From the NCBI GenBank assembly GCA_010909165.1, contig MU008214.1, positions 263,085-284,790 of the forward strand: 21,706 nt of DNA, written 5' to 3'. This document shows, piece after piece, positions 1-10,391 of the stretch (positions are counted from its first letter, which is position 1; every line of letters begins with the position of its first letter). Position numbers and translations under genes: made by a program. The DNA is from Anthoceros angustus (taxonomy: Eukaryota; Plantae; Anthocerotophyta). The notes below the pieces were generated by a model, which saw nothing but the letters and a program-made list of their open reading frames with translations, did no database searches and was not told the DNA's origin.

Positions 1-225
1 CCACAGGCATTGCCACACACCCAAAGCAAAGCAATTTCCAGCAACCATTCACAAGAGCAACTCGTTTAGGCACTTGCGGTGAGCAAGTCCTCCACCAAAA
101 CACTCAGACCATGACTTCCTCTCTGCAGACTGCGTTGGCTCTCACGGTACGCGAAATTCCTCTGTAATGGCAAAGGACTCGTGAGTATGGGCGCGTGATA
201 CTTTACTTTTGTGAAATCCTCCTCC

Positions 226-281
226 TCTTATAGGAGGCCTTCCACATACAACCTCCCTTAGGTGACCCCTCCGGGTCACCT
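226..281 (-). promoter_or_regulatory. LTR U3 promoter: TATAAGA box (226-232, minus) with upstream 9-bp hairpin AGGTGACCC-ctcc-GGGTCACCT (260-281)
   Basis: Seen directly; same arrangement at 6596-6652 on the plus strand. Confidence 0.55.
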
Positions 282-1431
282 TTTCCAATTTTCTATTATT
301 TCCTACACACATTTAATGTGGCACCTAAGTCTATTATGGATCCTTGGTAAATTCTATTCTAGTAACTTCACCTAAGATCATCCTTAAAGGATGTCGACCT
401 ACACCCTTATCCTTCCTATTTTTACTAACATTTATGGTCTTTGACCATTCTAGTCTCATCCTTTGGGGTGGCGGCGTGTTCCTTGTGGATTGGCTCCCTC
501 GCCCTCCTTTTGCTCTTGTCCCTTCCCGATCTGTCGTCTTCCCAATGTGTGGGGCAAGTACAATCTGCCTTCCTCAATTCCCATGGCGCCAATTCCTGTC
601 TCAACGCCCCCTCCCGCACCTTGGCGCCTTTTCTTCAGCCTCCGCCGCTGGTGCGCCCGTTTATCGCACCCTACGCGGTGATGCAGGAACTAGGGGTGGT
701 GACTTCATGGTGATCGCCCCTTTCTCCTTCTTCTCGCATCTGAGCTTTGGGTCAAGATTTCCATTGCTCTTTGCCTGTTTGATTTGTCCATACCTACCAT
801 GAGCATCTTCAAAGAGTCTTCATCCCCATTGCCGCACCATGCGGATCTCCTCACTAATCCCGGGCCTTTTGCTGGGCTCCTCTCGGCTCGGCCTTCCCTT
901 GCTCGTGGGGTGAGAAATTCCACCCCTCCCCTTCCTTGGCGGATCTAATCCGTCTCTTCGGTGGGGTTGTCTCCCCACCACCTCAGACTCCTCAGGGGGC
1001 ATACTAGGACCCCGGCTCCTTCATCCTCGGCCGGGCCTCGGCCCGGCTCCCAACGGGCTCCAGTGGCGCCTACCGGTGAGTGAGCGGGGTGATCTACCCG
1101 GTGGTGCGGACTCTGGTAGGTGAACCCTCGTGGTGGTGACCCCGGAGGCGGGTGTCCCTCCTCTGCCATCTTTCCTCCTTGGCAGCGGCCTCTCAGTCTC
1201 CTCCAGACTCCTCGGAGTCCATGTCATGGCCTCATCAAAGTCGGAGGCTCTTTTCTGCGGCTCCTCATCATCATGAGGACCTAATGTCCTCCTCTTGGCC
1301 AACCAAGACTTCATTGTTGGCCTTCAAAATCTATTGTGGAGGTGAGCCCCAAGCTGTGATGCATTTGGAGATCATCAATCTCCGTGGGCCACTCTCCATC
1401 CTCCTACTCTTGTAGGCGTCCCTTGCGGTGG

Positions 1432-3350
1432 TTAATTCTCCCACCTTGACATGGAGGTCACATTCTCCTCCCTTGCTTCCCTCATTTGGTTGGCTAATTT
1501 GCTTGAAGGGCATAGTCCAAAATGCCTCTTCCTCACCACCCGGCATCCATGTACCACCTTCTTGTGGTATCCTCCTCTTGGAACCTCCTCCTCGTTCTCT
1601 TGTTCTTGGCAAGTCCTTCCCTTTCCGCTTGCCACGTACTCTTCTCATGCTCCAGCTCCTGCAATTGCTGATCTTGCGCCTCCAACTCCGCGCGCTTCTC
1701 CTCCAAATGGTACCGGGTTCTTCACAATTCCTCTTCCATGTCCCGGATCTTGATGGCTTGGGTAGCCATCACCTGTTCCTGTGCGTCCATTTGTTGGATC
1801 GCCACCTTCTCCCTTCCTAGAGCCTCCGTTTTGCCCTTCCGTTCTTGCTCTAACTGGGCAAAATGCTCCTCCATATACACTCCAATCCCTTTGGGTTGTT
1901 GCGAATGGCTCTCTTCTTGTGACAACCTTCCCTCTAGGACCTTCTCCGCTGGTCCCAGATCCCTGGAGCTTCTCCTGACCTTCTCCGGCTTGGCTGCCTT
2001 CTCGTCGGACTCCATGGCTTCCATTGCCATTTGGTCCTGCTTTCCTCCGGCCATGTCTTGGGCTTTCACTTCCTCTTATGCCCACAAGGAGGCTGCTAGC
2101 TCCTAGCCCCTTCAAATCCACATGGTGAGTGCTTCACAAGCACTCGGCCAAGTCTAAGGGCCCAAGTGCCTTTGTTGCTGGAAATCTCCAGCTCCCTTGT
2201 ACTCATGGGCCATCAGCGGCGGTCCCCTCAGTCGCCCATCCGCCCTTCCTCCAAGCGGGTAGTGGCCTAGGCGCCCGCCTTGTGCTTCTTTCCCTTCCCT
2301 ACGTGGCTGCACCTACCCGTGGGGTGCAGCCTACAGCGGTGGTGCTCCCCCCGGTGGTGCCTACCTCGTGGTGGGGTGACGCCTACCACGGTAGTGCCCA
2401 CCCCTCTTGGGTGGTGCCTCCCTCGGGGTATGGGGTGCCTGCCTCTCACTAGGCACGAGATGGTGGGGACTCCCCACCCTTGGGGCATCACCCCTCATGG
2501 TAGTCCTCCTCTCATAGACTACCATTCGGCCTTCCTCGGCGGTTCACATTCCTCTCCTCTTTCTTGCTCTGTGGAAAAGATTCCCACTCACGGCAACCTT
2601 GTTGCCTCTACATCCTCCGCCCTTGCTCCTAGCATGCTTGTGGAGGTCGACCTCCCATGTCTTCCTCAATGCAAAGGCAGGGCCTTTCCAAGCTTGGTGG
2701 AGATGGATTATCTCAGAAGGATGCAAGCATCTTCCAACTCCTTGCTTGTGAGAAGTCCCTCGTTTCCACAAATGCACCAAATAGGTGCTAAGGTAGCGAG
2801 GCCTTGGCCCTTCCTCATCCGAATTTGGCTTGAGGAGCTTCTCCCGGTGGTGGATGTAGGCCTCATACATGATGGTGCCCCAATCTGGCTTGGCTCCTCT
2901 CGAAATCTTCCACAAAAATTGCAGGAAGTTGGTGCTGAAATAGGAAGTCCTTTGGTAATTTACCAACCCCAGCACAATCTTTTGAAGAGCCTCCACTTGA
3001 CTCTTTTGATGCTATCTTTTCCAGCCATTCTTGGCATGGGCCTTCACTCCTCGTCCATCATGTCGAGGAGCTCTTGCGGAATTCGGAGGGGCAGTCCTCT
3101 TCCCTCCATTCGACCTTTCGAGAGAGCAATTCGAGCTTTCTTCCTCGGTCTCCCATACACTGAATGCTCCTTACGGTCCGGAGGATCCGTTCGAGCATTC
3201 CTTTAAACGCGGCAAGGCTGCCTCGATTGATGGAGATTGATGAAGCACTCCTCAATCAGCTCCAAATTGTGTACTGCCCTTCCTCCCAGCTCTTTTGGTT
3301 GCCCAAACTTTGCGCCCACGGAAGAAGACTTGATTTTTTGCGAAGATCAT
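1432..3350 (-). pseudogene. Frameshifted retrotransposon extra ORF (plant-transposon-protein/env-like N-terminal region, low-complexity linker, coiled-coil C-terminus)
   Basis: Minus-strand fragments: ELIEECFINL (~3250), LWKISRGAKPDWGTIMYEAY...YLSTYLVHLW (2544-2996 ORF), Glu/Gln/Lys-rich coiled-coil-like pieces (1722-2069, 1432-1635). Similar motif order in 13502-14888. The domain assignment is by resemblance only. Confidence 0.55.
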
Positions 3351-3359
3351 GGAAATTAT

Positions 3360-4340
3360 TAGGTGAGGTAGGTAGGTAGCAGGAAGGCGGTAGAGGCACG
3401 GGGCTCGCCAAGCACCACCCAGATAGGCGAGAAAGGAGCACTACCACGGTAGGCGGGCGAGACTACCGTAGTGACAGATCTCGGCAAAAAGGGAAATTAG
3501 GATAGGGAGATATCCACTATATATGCCCACCAATAGTGGACTAGATAAATGGGGTGGAATAGGAAAATAAAAGCTAGATTGGGCCGTTAGGAAACTAGGG
3601 GAAATAGTATCTTAGTATAAGAGGAATTGGAAACTCCAATCAAGCATGGAAAGGTGCCACGTGGTGCATATCCAAGGGTAGAGTAGATTGGTAGTTACCA
3701 TTCCTAACCCCAAGTTCATCTTTATAATCTGCATGTGTGTAGGAGGTCACTTGAAGGTGAGGCGCCAAACTGCGGAAGGCACCGCCACACCAAGAGTTGT
3801 AGAAGAGCCCCACAGTGTTGCGATGTCGACGTCAGGATAGAGAGAGGCGTGAGCTGAAAGCGAGGGAGGAAAATAGGCAAGATAAGTAGGGGTGCAACAA
3901 GAGAAAAAGAAGGAAGGATAGGGCTGTGTGCTGAACTAGGTGAAGCCATGGCAAGCTGAATTTGCAGCTGGGCTGCAAGAGGGAGGTGGCACAGCCACAG
4001 GAAGGCATTATTGCAGATGGGCTGCAATATGGTGAAGAAATCGCAACGGGGTGTGCATCATGAAGGCAAAATTCGCAGTTGGGCTGCAAGTAGGTGTGAA
4101 GGGAGGTCGTTGCGGTGGCCGCGAGGAGAATTGGGCAGCAAGGAAGGCTGATTCGAGAGTTGGTCAAGGAGTTCGCTAAGGAGAAGTGTGGAGAATGGAG
4201 CTTGGTGAGGAGTTCAATAATGAAACACCAAAATGTATGGCAAAATGCACAAGGAACTTGGTGTGTTGGATATCTGATATAAGAACTCAGAGTTAAGCGT
4301 CCTTTGGGCGGATCAAACTCGGATGGGGTGCCTTTTGTGT
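3360..4340 (+). mobile_element. LTR-like sequence of a second gypsy subfamily (copy X1)
   Basis: ~3440-3850 is a diverged direct repeat of ~12290-12815 (shared tagtggactagataaat and ggtgccacgtgg blocks, similar spacing). ggggtgcctt near 4325 resembles the motif near the 3' ends of the LTRs at 7461 and 16532. The ends are not sharply defined. Confidence 0.5.
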
Positions 4341-5649
4341 GAGTATGAGCTTATATTTGCAAAAGACACACGGAGCTGATTGGGAAAGTTCTTAGTAGGG
4401 AGTTGCAGGTGACGGCGCACGGATTTTGGAGGCTGAGGATTGAGCTTTTCCTTGGTTTTGATGGGTAGGATGGTCTCTATGGGAGCGCCTAGGGCCAAGG
4501 AGATGCAGGGAATGTTGCTCTTGCACAAGAGCTGAAGGATTGATGACTTAAGAGCCTTCTTGGTGCAAACCAACTAGGGTCTTGAATTTGTGCAAGATGG
4601 ATGGAAAGGATCCTTAGATTCATGGTGGGGATTGATGGCTACGAGAAATTAGAGGTTATGGCTGGTCTAAATAATGGATGGGATATGGCCACATGCTTGC
4701 ACTCAAATCTATGGCTGCAATTTAGGAGCTCTTTATAATTGTCGATGAGAAGACCGGGTATCTAAAAGTGCAGAGAGGGGAGTGAGCTAGAGCTTGTGTG
4801 TGCGCCCTCTGCCTGTGTGTGTGCCTTCTTAAGAGTGATGCCGCCATCTCCTCTTGGTGTTCTCTTTTCTTGTGGCATCAATTTCTTGGGTCTTGGTGTG
4901 CCTTGGCTTGGTTTTGAGAGTGAATTTCTTCTAAGAGGGGGACGTCCTTAGTGTTCTTGGTGCTTATCTTGGTGTCTGTTCTCCTCATGGGATTGCTAAG
5001 AGCCAAGCTGCAAGGATGAGGCTGGTTCCGGAGGAAGCCAGGTGTGGATGCCGTGAAGGGTTTCTAAAGGCCAAGAAACCCCAACTCATGAAGCGCATGG
5101 TGGTAGTTTGGAGTGTAAACCCATTGCCAAAAATATTGGGCGATGGCACGGTGTGTGTGGAGGCCTACAATAATTGTGAAGAGGAGGATGCTTGGGCCAC
5201 ACGATGATGATAGGGAGGCCCTCATGCAGATTAAGCCAGGGGCCTTAGACTTTGATGAGGTCACAAGCGATATGGACTCCGAGGAGTTTGGAGAAGAAAT
5301 GGCGAGGGAGGAGCCCATAGTGCCACAAGGAAACAGGAGGGAAGAAGGCAACCTACACGGTGGAGGCGCAGCCACTGGGAGGCACCTCTCGTGGCGAGGC
5401 GAGGCGTGGGTCTCGAAGGAGGCAATGGATGCGGGGGAGTGCGATGGTAGGGGAGGCGAGTACTTTGGCCCCCGCAGGAGATGTTAAGGAGGAGGTTGTC
5501 TCCCTAGGAGGGAACGAAAAATCACAAAGAGGAGCTCAACCTACCAACATAAGTGTGGGAGCAAGGAGGTCACTTGTTCCACAAGTGAAGGAGAGGGGGA
5601 TGAGTCCTCGGCGCCAAAGGAAGGAGATGGCGCAGGAAGCAAGGTAGGG

Positions 5650-5760
5650 GGTCACCCTACCACGGTAGGTGACCACCCTACCACGGTAGTCTGCCAGACT
5701 ACCGTGGTGCCACGCCCGGTAGTCTGCGGACTACTGCGGTAGCGGACCTACGGTGGGACG
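5650..5760. repeat. Second cluster of CTACCRYGGTAG palindromes, including the hairpin ggtcaccctaccacggtaggtgacc (5650-5674)
   Basis: Seen directly; further copies at 6100-6111, 6137-6148, 3441-3452 and 2383-2394. Confidence 0.85.
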
Positions 5761-6595
5761 AGGGGAGCCAGCCACGAGGCGATTGAGGATGAAGGGGGAT
5801 CCAATACACCCAGATAGATGATAAGGTGGTTGGGAGCAATGCCACCGGTGGAGACAAAGGGCGGTCCGTGAGGAAGGGGAGGGTAAGAAATTCCCTCACC
5901 CACGGATAAGGAGGAGCCAGCCAGAGAGGAGACCAACGCAGCGGAGGAATTAGCGAGGTGACAACATCGACAAATGGGGAGGAACCTTTGAAGACATGCT
6001 CCATGATAGGTATGGACAAATCAAACAAGGAAAGGAGCAAAAGGATCTCAACCCGTGGACCATCACCGATGAGGAAGAGGGAAGGAGATAGGGACCAGAC
6101 TACCATGGTAGGTAGTCACCTACCCGATGTGCCAGACTACCGCGGTAGGTGCCCTTTGAAGGAGGCCGTCGGTGGAGGCTAGAAGATGGGCCATTCGAGT
6201 GCGCGGAAGGGGCGCGATTGCCTGGATGGCAAGAGGAATCGGGGCCGCCCGCGAGGAAGAAGGGCGGAAGGTACTTGCCCCAAAGTCGGAAGGGCGGAAG
6301 GTGCCCAAAGTCGGGAGGTCAGGGAAGACCAGCAAAAGGGAAGACCAGCAGCAAAAGGGGGATGAGAAGACCAATCAGAAGGGAACCCGTCGCCACCCCA
6401 GCAAGATAAGGACTGAGAATGGTCAATGACCATAAATGAGCTTTGGGGAATGGGAAGGATAGGTGGTGTAGGTTGGCAACATTAAAGAGTGGCCATAGGT
6501 GAAGTTGCTAGAATAGAATTTACCTAGGATCAGACAGTAGACTTAGATGCCAGGCCTTAAATGCTGGCGGTAGGAAATAATAGAATATTGGAAAA

Positions 6596-6652
6596 GGTGA
6601 CCTGCAGTAGGGTCACCCAAGGGAGGTTGTATGTGGAAGGCCTCCTATAAGA
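6596..6652 (+). promoter_or_regulatory. LTR promoter: GGTGACC...GGTCACC inverted repeat and TATAAGA box
   Basis: Seen directly; conserved with 226-281 on the minus strand. Confidence 0.55.
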
Positions 6653-7465
6653 GGAGGAGGATTTCACAAAGTAAAGTATCATGTCTTGCGCTTCCATACT
6701 CGCGAGTCCTTTGCCATTCTGAGGAATTTCGTGCTGTGAGCCAAGCGTCTGGTAGAGAGGAAGTCGCGGTGGTCGGAGGTGGTGGAGGACTTGCTCAGCA
6801 AGTGCCTAAACGAGTTGCTCCCCTTGTGAATGGTTGTGAAATTGCTTTGCTTTGGGTGTGTGGCAATGCCGAGAACTCTCGGCTTGAGGGTAGACTACAG
6901 GAAAGACTCCAGGTTCTCGTTGTCTCAAACTCATAGCCGGCCCAAGGAAGAACTTGGTGGAGGCGGACCCAGGCGGTTGTGCCAAGGGGAGGCGGTGAAG
7001 CCGAGCGAGGTTAGAATAGGAGGAAGAGAGGATGAGAAGATGAGTAGAGGATTAGAGGTGTAGGTGTGGAAGGCCACGAGCCTAAGGGGAATCCCAAATG
7101 CAAGTAAAAGCGCTCCCACAGGTGGAGAAGAGTGGTCTTAGAAGTAGGGACGAAATCGCGGTGTGGATCGGGGTCCCTGGGCGCCGTGATAACTCCTCTT
7201 GCTAAGCGGGACACACACCAATTGTGTTGTGTCGTTGTAGGTCGAGGATTGGTGATTTTTAGGTGCAAGTGGTGCAACTGTAAGAGGAGAGTAGAGGGCG
7301 CCTTGCTTGTTTAGAAGGTGAGAAGTTGTGTGTCTGCGGTAGGTGACCACAAGGACCTCGAACTTTCACAAGTCTCATGGGACGAAACCCAGCGTCTGAG
7401 CGGCAGTGGGATAAGTGTGGCGCTATAGTGGGAGGACCTGGAGTGCCCTCTCCCTCCCACATTTT

Positions 7466-7483
7466 TGGCGCCGTTGCCGGGGA
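7466..7483 (+). promoter_or_regulatory. Primer-binding site complementary to tRNA-Asp(GUC) 3' end
   Basis: TGGCGCCGTTGCCGGGGA, an 18-nt complement of the plant tRNA-Asp 3' end (...TCCCCGGCAACGGCGCCA), 4 nt after the LTR-terminal CA. Asp priming is characteristic of Athila-lineage elements. Confidence 0.92.
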
Positions 7484-8319
7484 CTTGTTGCTGAAAGTTT
7501 GAAGTTTTGTGGTTTCCATCGCTAGGCTGCAGAATGCTTGAGAAGGGACTGAGGGTTGACCATATGTTGTGAAGAAGGAACTTGACGCCTCTAAGTTGTC
7601 ATAGGGGTGAATGGTTGAGACACTAAAGGGTGTGATTTGCTTCCTTCTTAACGACTGTGGGTTGGAGGTCATGAGGATGCTTGCAGATGTCTAGTTGGGG
7701 GAGGGGAAGGAAGTAATTTACGTGTAGAGAGCAGATCGCCCCGCGCCTTTGCTGCAAAGGATTTGTGAGTGACGGAGAAATCATGTGTGTGAAGAAAGCT
7801 TAGTTGTGCGCACAATGTGCAAAGGAAGAAGCGGAGAGAGAGCTCTCTTGCGGAGGAAGCTACATGTGCTAACATCTTGAGGGTTCCGTTGAGGAAGAAG
7901 AGGTAGTTGTCTAAGAGCGGGAGGAGGTTGTGCTGCTCACGGACGAGGAGGAGGGTTACCGAGTTCTTGATTAAGGGTGAGGGTCAAGAATCCGAGCCAG
8001 CGGTTAGTAATTTCAAGTACATCTTCGTTCGCAAGAGGAGGACTTTTCGTGGATTGTTGAGCTCTTCTAGCTCGAGTTGGTCGTAAGAGGAGGAAGGCAA
8101 GAGGGTGAGATTTGGCGTGGAGAAGTTGGGGTGAGATCTAATGGCCGAGCTGCAAGGTCTTGATCAATTATTGCCCAACTTGCTGCCCTTTCAACCCCGA
8201 TTGCTAGGAGGAGGCGCTTGTGTGCCCAAGTCTGTATAGACATCCCGCTTGGCAGCATTTGTTTCGCCCAGGTGGAGTTTCTTGGGATGTGCCCACAATT
8301 TTGTGGACGCCCTCGACCA

Positions 8320-8900
8320 TGAGTGGAGGAAGTAGAGGTGGTGGGAGTCATCACTACCACCAGCAAGCAAGGTGAAGATCTTGAGGCTTTTGTGGAAACT
8401 TTTGAACATGTGACTCATGCGAATTTGGAAGCCTCTGCATTGTCTCCAAATTTTCCTAGAGTGCTTGAGGTCATAGTGGGTATGTATGTGGGGCTGCACC
8501 TGCACATTGGGATTATATGGGAGCTGTAGTTTTGAAACCGATTATGTGGCGAGCTATGCACATCGTTGGGGTGGAGGACTCTGCGAAGGAAGGAGGAGTC
8601 TTTGTATGATTATGTAGAATTTATGGTTACTTGGAGAGTACCACCACGGCCACCAGAAGGATGTAGCCTTCTGCAAAAGCAAGGCCTATGATATGAACTT
8701 TCTTGATAAATGTTCAGGAAATAGTGTAGGAAGGAGTTCAAGGGAACGCATGTAGATCCATGTGCCATAGAAAACTTAGAGCTGGAATCTGGTAAGGTAG
8801 CGAAGATTTCTAAGTGTAGAAGTGTAGGAAGAGTTTAAAGTTTGCAACATGTGAATGGGTTTTTATTTTCGGTGGCGGTGGATTGTGGCTGAGAATTTCT
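8320..8900 (+). pseudogene. gag: Degenerate Ty3/gypsy gag (retrotransposon gag domain)
   Basis: GEDLEAFVETFEHVTHAN...FPRVL...IWEL (8323-8529 ORF), then RTLRRKEESLYDYVEF (~8575-8625), matching the gag L-x-Q-x-x-x-E-S-x-x-D-Y-x-x-x-F pattern; lies downstream of the PBS in the sense orientation; stops and frameshifts. Confidence 0.6.
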
Positions 8901-9699
8901 GACGAGGAGTTGGTAGCAGTAGCATGGTTGGAAGGAGAGGAACGTGGGCAAAGTTTAGGTGTAATTGAGGCTGCAGCAAGAGGTGTTGCAAGTAGAAGGG
9001 CCAAGTGTCCACGGAAGGGGTTTTGTGCAGGGTTTGCTGCAGGAGGTCAATCTAAGAGTTCGAGATGAAGCAAAGAAGCGGCAACATGTGTACGAGGAGA
9101 GCGAGGTGCTCTCTAAGGGTGAGCGTCGGGAGGGCTGCAAGTGGAGGCCATGATGGTGGAGGCGATGAAAGATTGAAGAAATCGCAATTTGGAGGAAGGG
9201 GAGGTGGCACACAAAAATGGTGTGCTGAGAAGGTGTGTGCACTAGAGCCTAGGAGTGAGGATGGCTCTATGGTGACGTGTATGAAGGAGGATTGTGGAGA
9301 AATCACACCTCAAGGTGTGCTTGCAGTGGAATTGCAAGAAGGAGCATCGACCGATTCTTGGTCATTGAAATTGCTGCCCAGCGCAGCAAGGTGAGGAGGT
9401 TGCTACTAGAACGTGATCTAGGGCTAGTCATGAGGTAGGGAGCATAGAGATGAAGGGGTGGTGATGATGCCAATAGATGCAGTCGGACTGCAGGTCGGAT
9501 ACTGCGGCATTGTGCAGGAGAAGCTAGTTTTGTGAAGGCGAGTTGAAGGCGGGGCTGGCACAGCACCAACATCCAGCTGAACAAGCTAGAGGGAAACGGC
9601 GAGATGTACATGGGAAGAGGAGGTTAGAACATGGACTCCCATGTCCACGTTATTGTTGAGCGATGTCCGCGCGTGATTGCTTCACCCATAGGCACACCA

Positions 9700-9830
9700 T
9701 GAGTGCTCCAGCCCACACCATCGAATAGCATGGCCATGGGAGGGCATATGTTGCTGGTAGCTTGTTGCCCCTAATGTGCTTGCACCATTGCAAGCCATGG
9801 GTGTGTGGAGGTTGAGGTGGACTTGGAAAA
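9700..9830 (+). pseudogene. Possible PLS-class PPR fragment (P2-L2-like)
   Basis: Frameshifted pieces HGHGRA, VAPN and ASHGCVE recall ...QHGHGREA...V-x-PN...ACSHAGLVEEG. Short and degenerate. Confidence 0.35.
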
Positions 9831-9994
9831 GCTCTGCTCAACTCACTTGGAAGCGAAGGTCATTGTGGAAGGTCTTGAGCAATGAAGGTGCGAGGGTAGC
9901 AAATTTTCAAAGACCCCACTCGTCAAGACACGCGAGAGAGTCATGATCATCCACGATCATGGTGGTCTGGTCCGAAAGGATCGTAACGGCTGGA

Positions 9995-10239
9995 AGTGTG
10001 AGCAAGTTATGTCATCAAGGGTATGTCACTCAGTCGGTGGAGGCGTTAGGAGTTCTGGTGGAGACAGAGTGTTGTGTTCCCATATCTCTCTTGCAGACTG
10101 CCCTCAAAAAAAATGTGCGGCCAAGAAAGATCTTGTTTTGAGTCACCGGGTGCATGCTTTCACGGTGAGAAACGGGTATCCATCGGATATGTTCTTGTGC
10201 AGCCACATCTTGCGAATGTACACTTCTCATGGCAGGTTA
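9995..10239 (+). pseudogene. PLS-class pentatricopeptide repeat (PPR) gene fragment 1
   Basis: KLCHQGYVTQSVEAL...SLLQ / KCAAKKDLVLSHRVHAFTVRNGYPSDMFLCSHILRMYTSHGRL: an L motif followed by an S motif; frameshifted and breaks off after GRL. Confidence 0.8.
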
Positions 10240-10391
10240 CAACAGAAAAGGCCCGAATTGTTCTGCTGCCATCCTCCATTGCTAAGGCTGGAAGGAAAGG
10301 AAGGAAGGAGCCTGTCTGCTCCTTGCGGAAGGAGGTGTCGCAGGTGAGTTTTGCAGGAGATGATGGGCAGAAGCTACTCCAGCAACGATGC

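Larger units (their letters stand above)
1..3355 (-). mobile_element. 3' part of a degenerate Ty3/gypsy (Athila-like) retrotransposon: extra ORF followed by LTR sequence running off the window start
   Basis: 1-~1320 is the reverse complement of ~5160-6872 (e.g. gcattgccacacacccaaagcaaagcaatttc vs gaaattgctttgctttgggtgtgtggcaatgc), which leads into an LTR ending at 7461 with a tRNA-Asp PBS. It carries a frameshifted minus-strand ORF upstream of this region. Confidence 0.7.
5160..7461 (+). mobile_element. Athila-like LTR region (3' end ...CCCACA at 7461; 5' start uncertain, possibly as far up as ~4943)
   Basis: Ends in CA immediately before TTTT and the PBS; TATAAGA at 6646-6652; homologous in inverted orientation to 1-1320 and to 21145-~21610. 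Confidence 0.75.

Noticed and set aside
344-3206. Long plus-strand ORFs in the track (e.g. 344-802, 2280-3206) and similar ORFs elsewhere such as 13119-13640
   Set aside because: Antisense or off-frame shadows of GC-rich transposon sequence with no recognisable domains.
3666-3673. P1BS (GNATATNC) phosphate-starvation element GCATATCC
   Set aside because: About 6.7 kb from PHT1, inside an LTR-like repeat, absent from the second copy, and expected by chance.
4340-4700. Possible RT/RNaseH remnant on the plus strand
   Set aside because: Only vague motif resemblance; no catalytic motifs recognisable.
8191-8505. Minus-strand ORF faintly resembling a reverse transcriptase segment
   Set aside because: No YxDD motif; the plus strand is better explained as gag downstream of the PBS.
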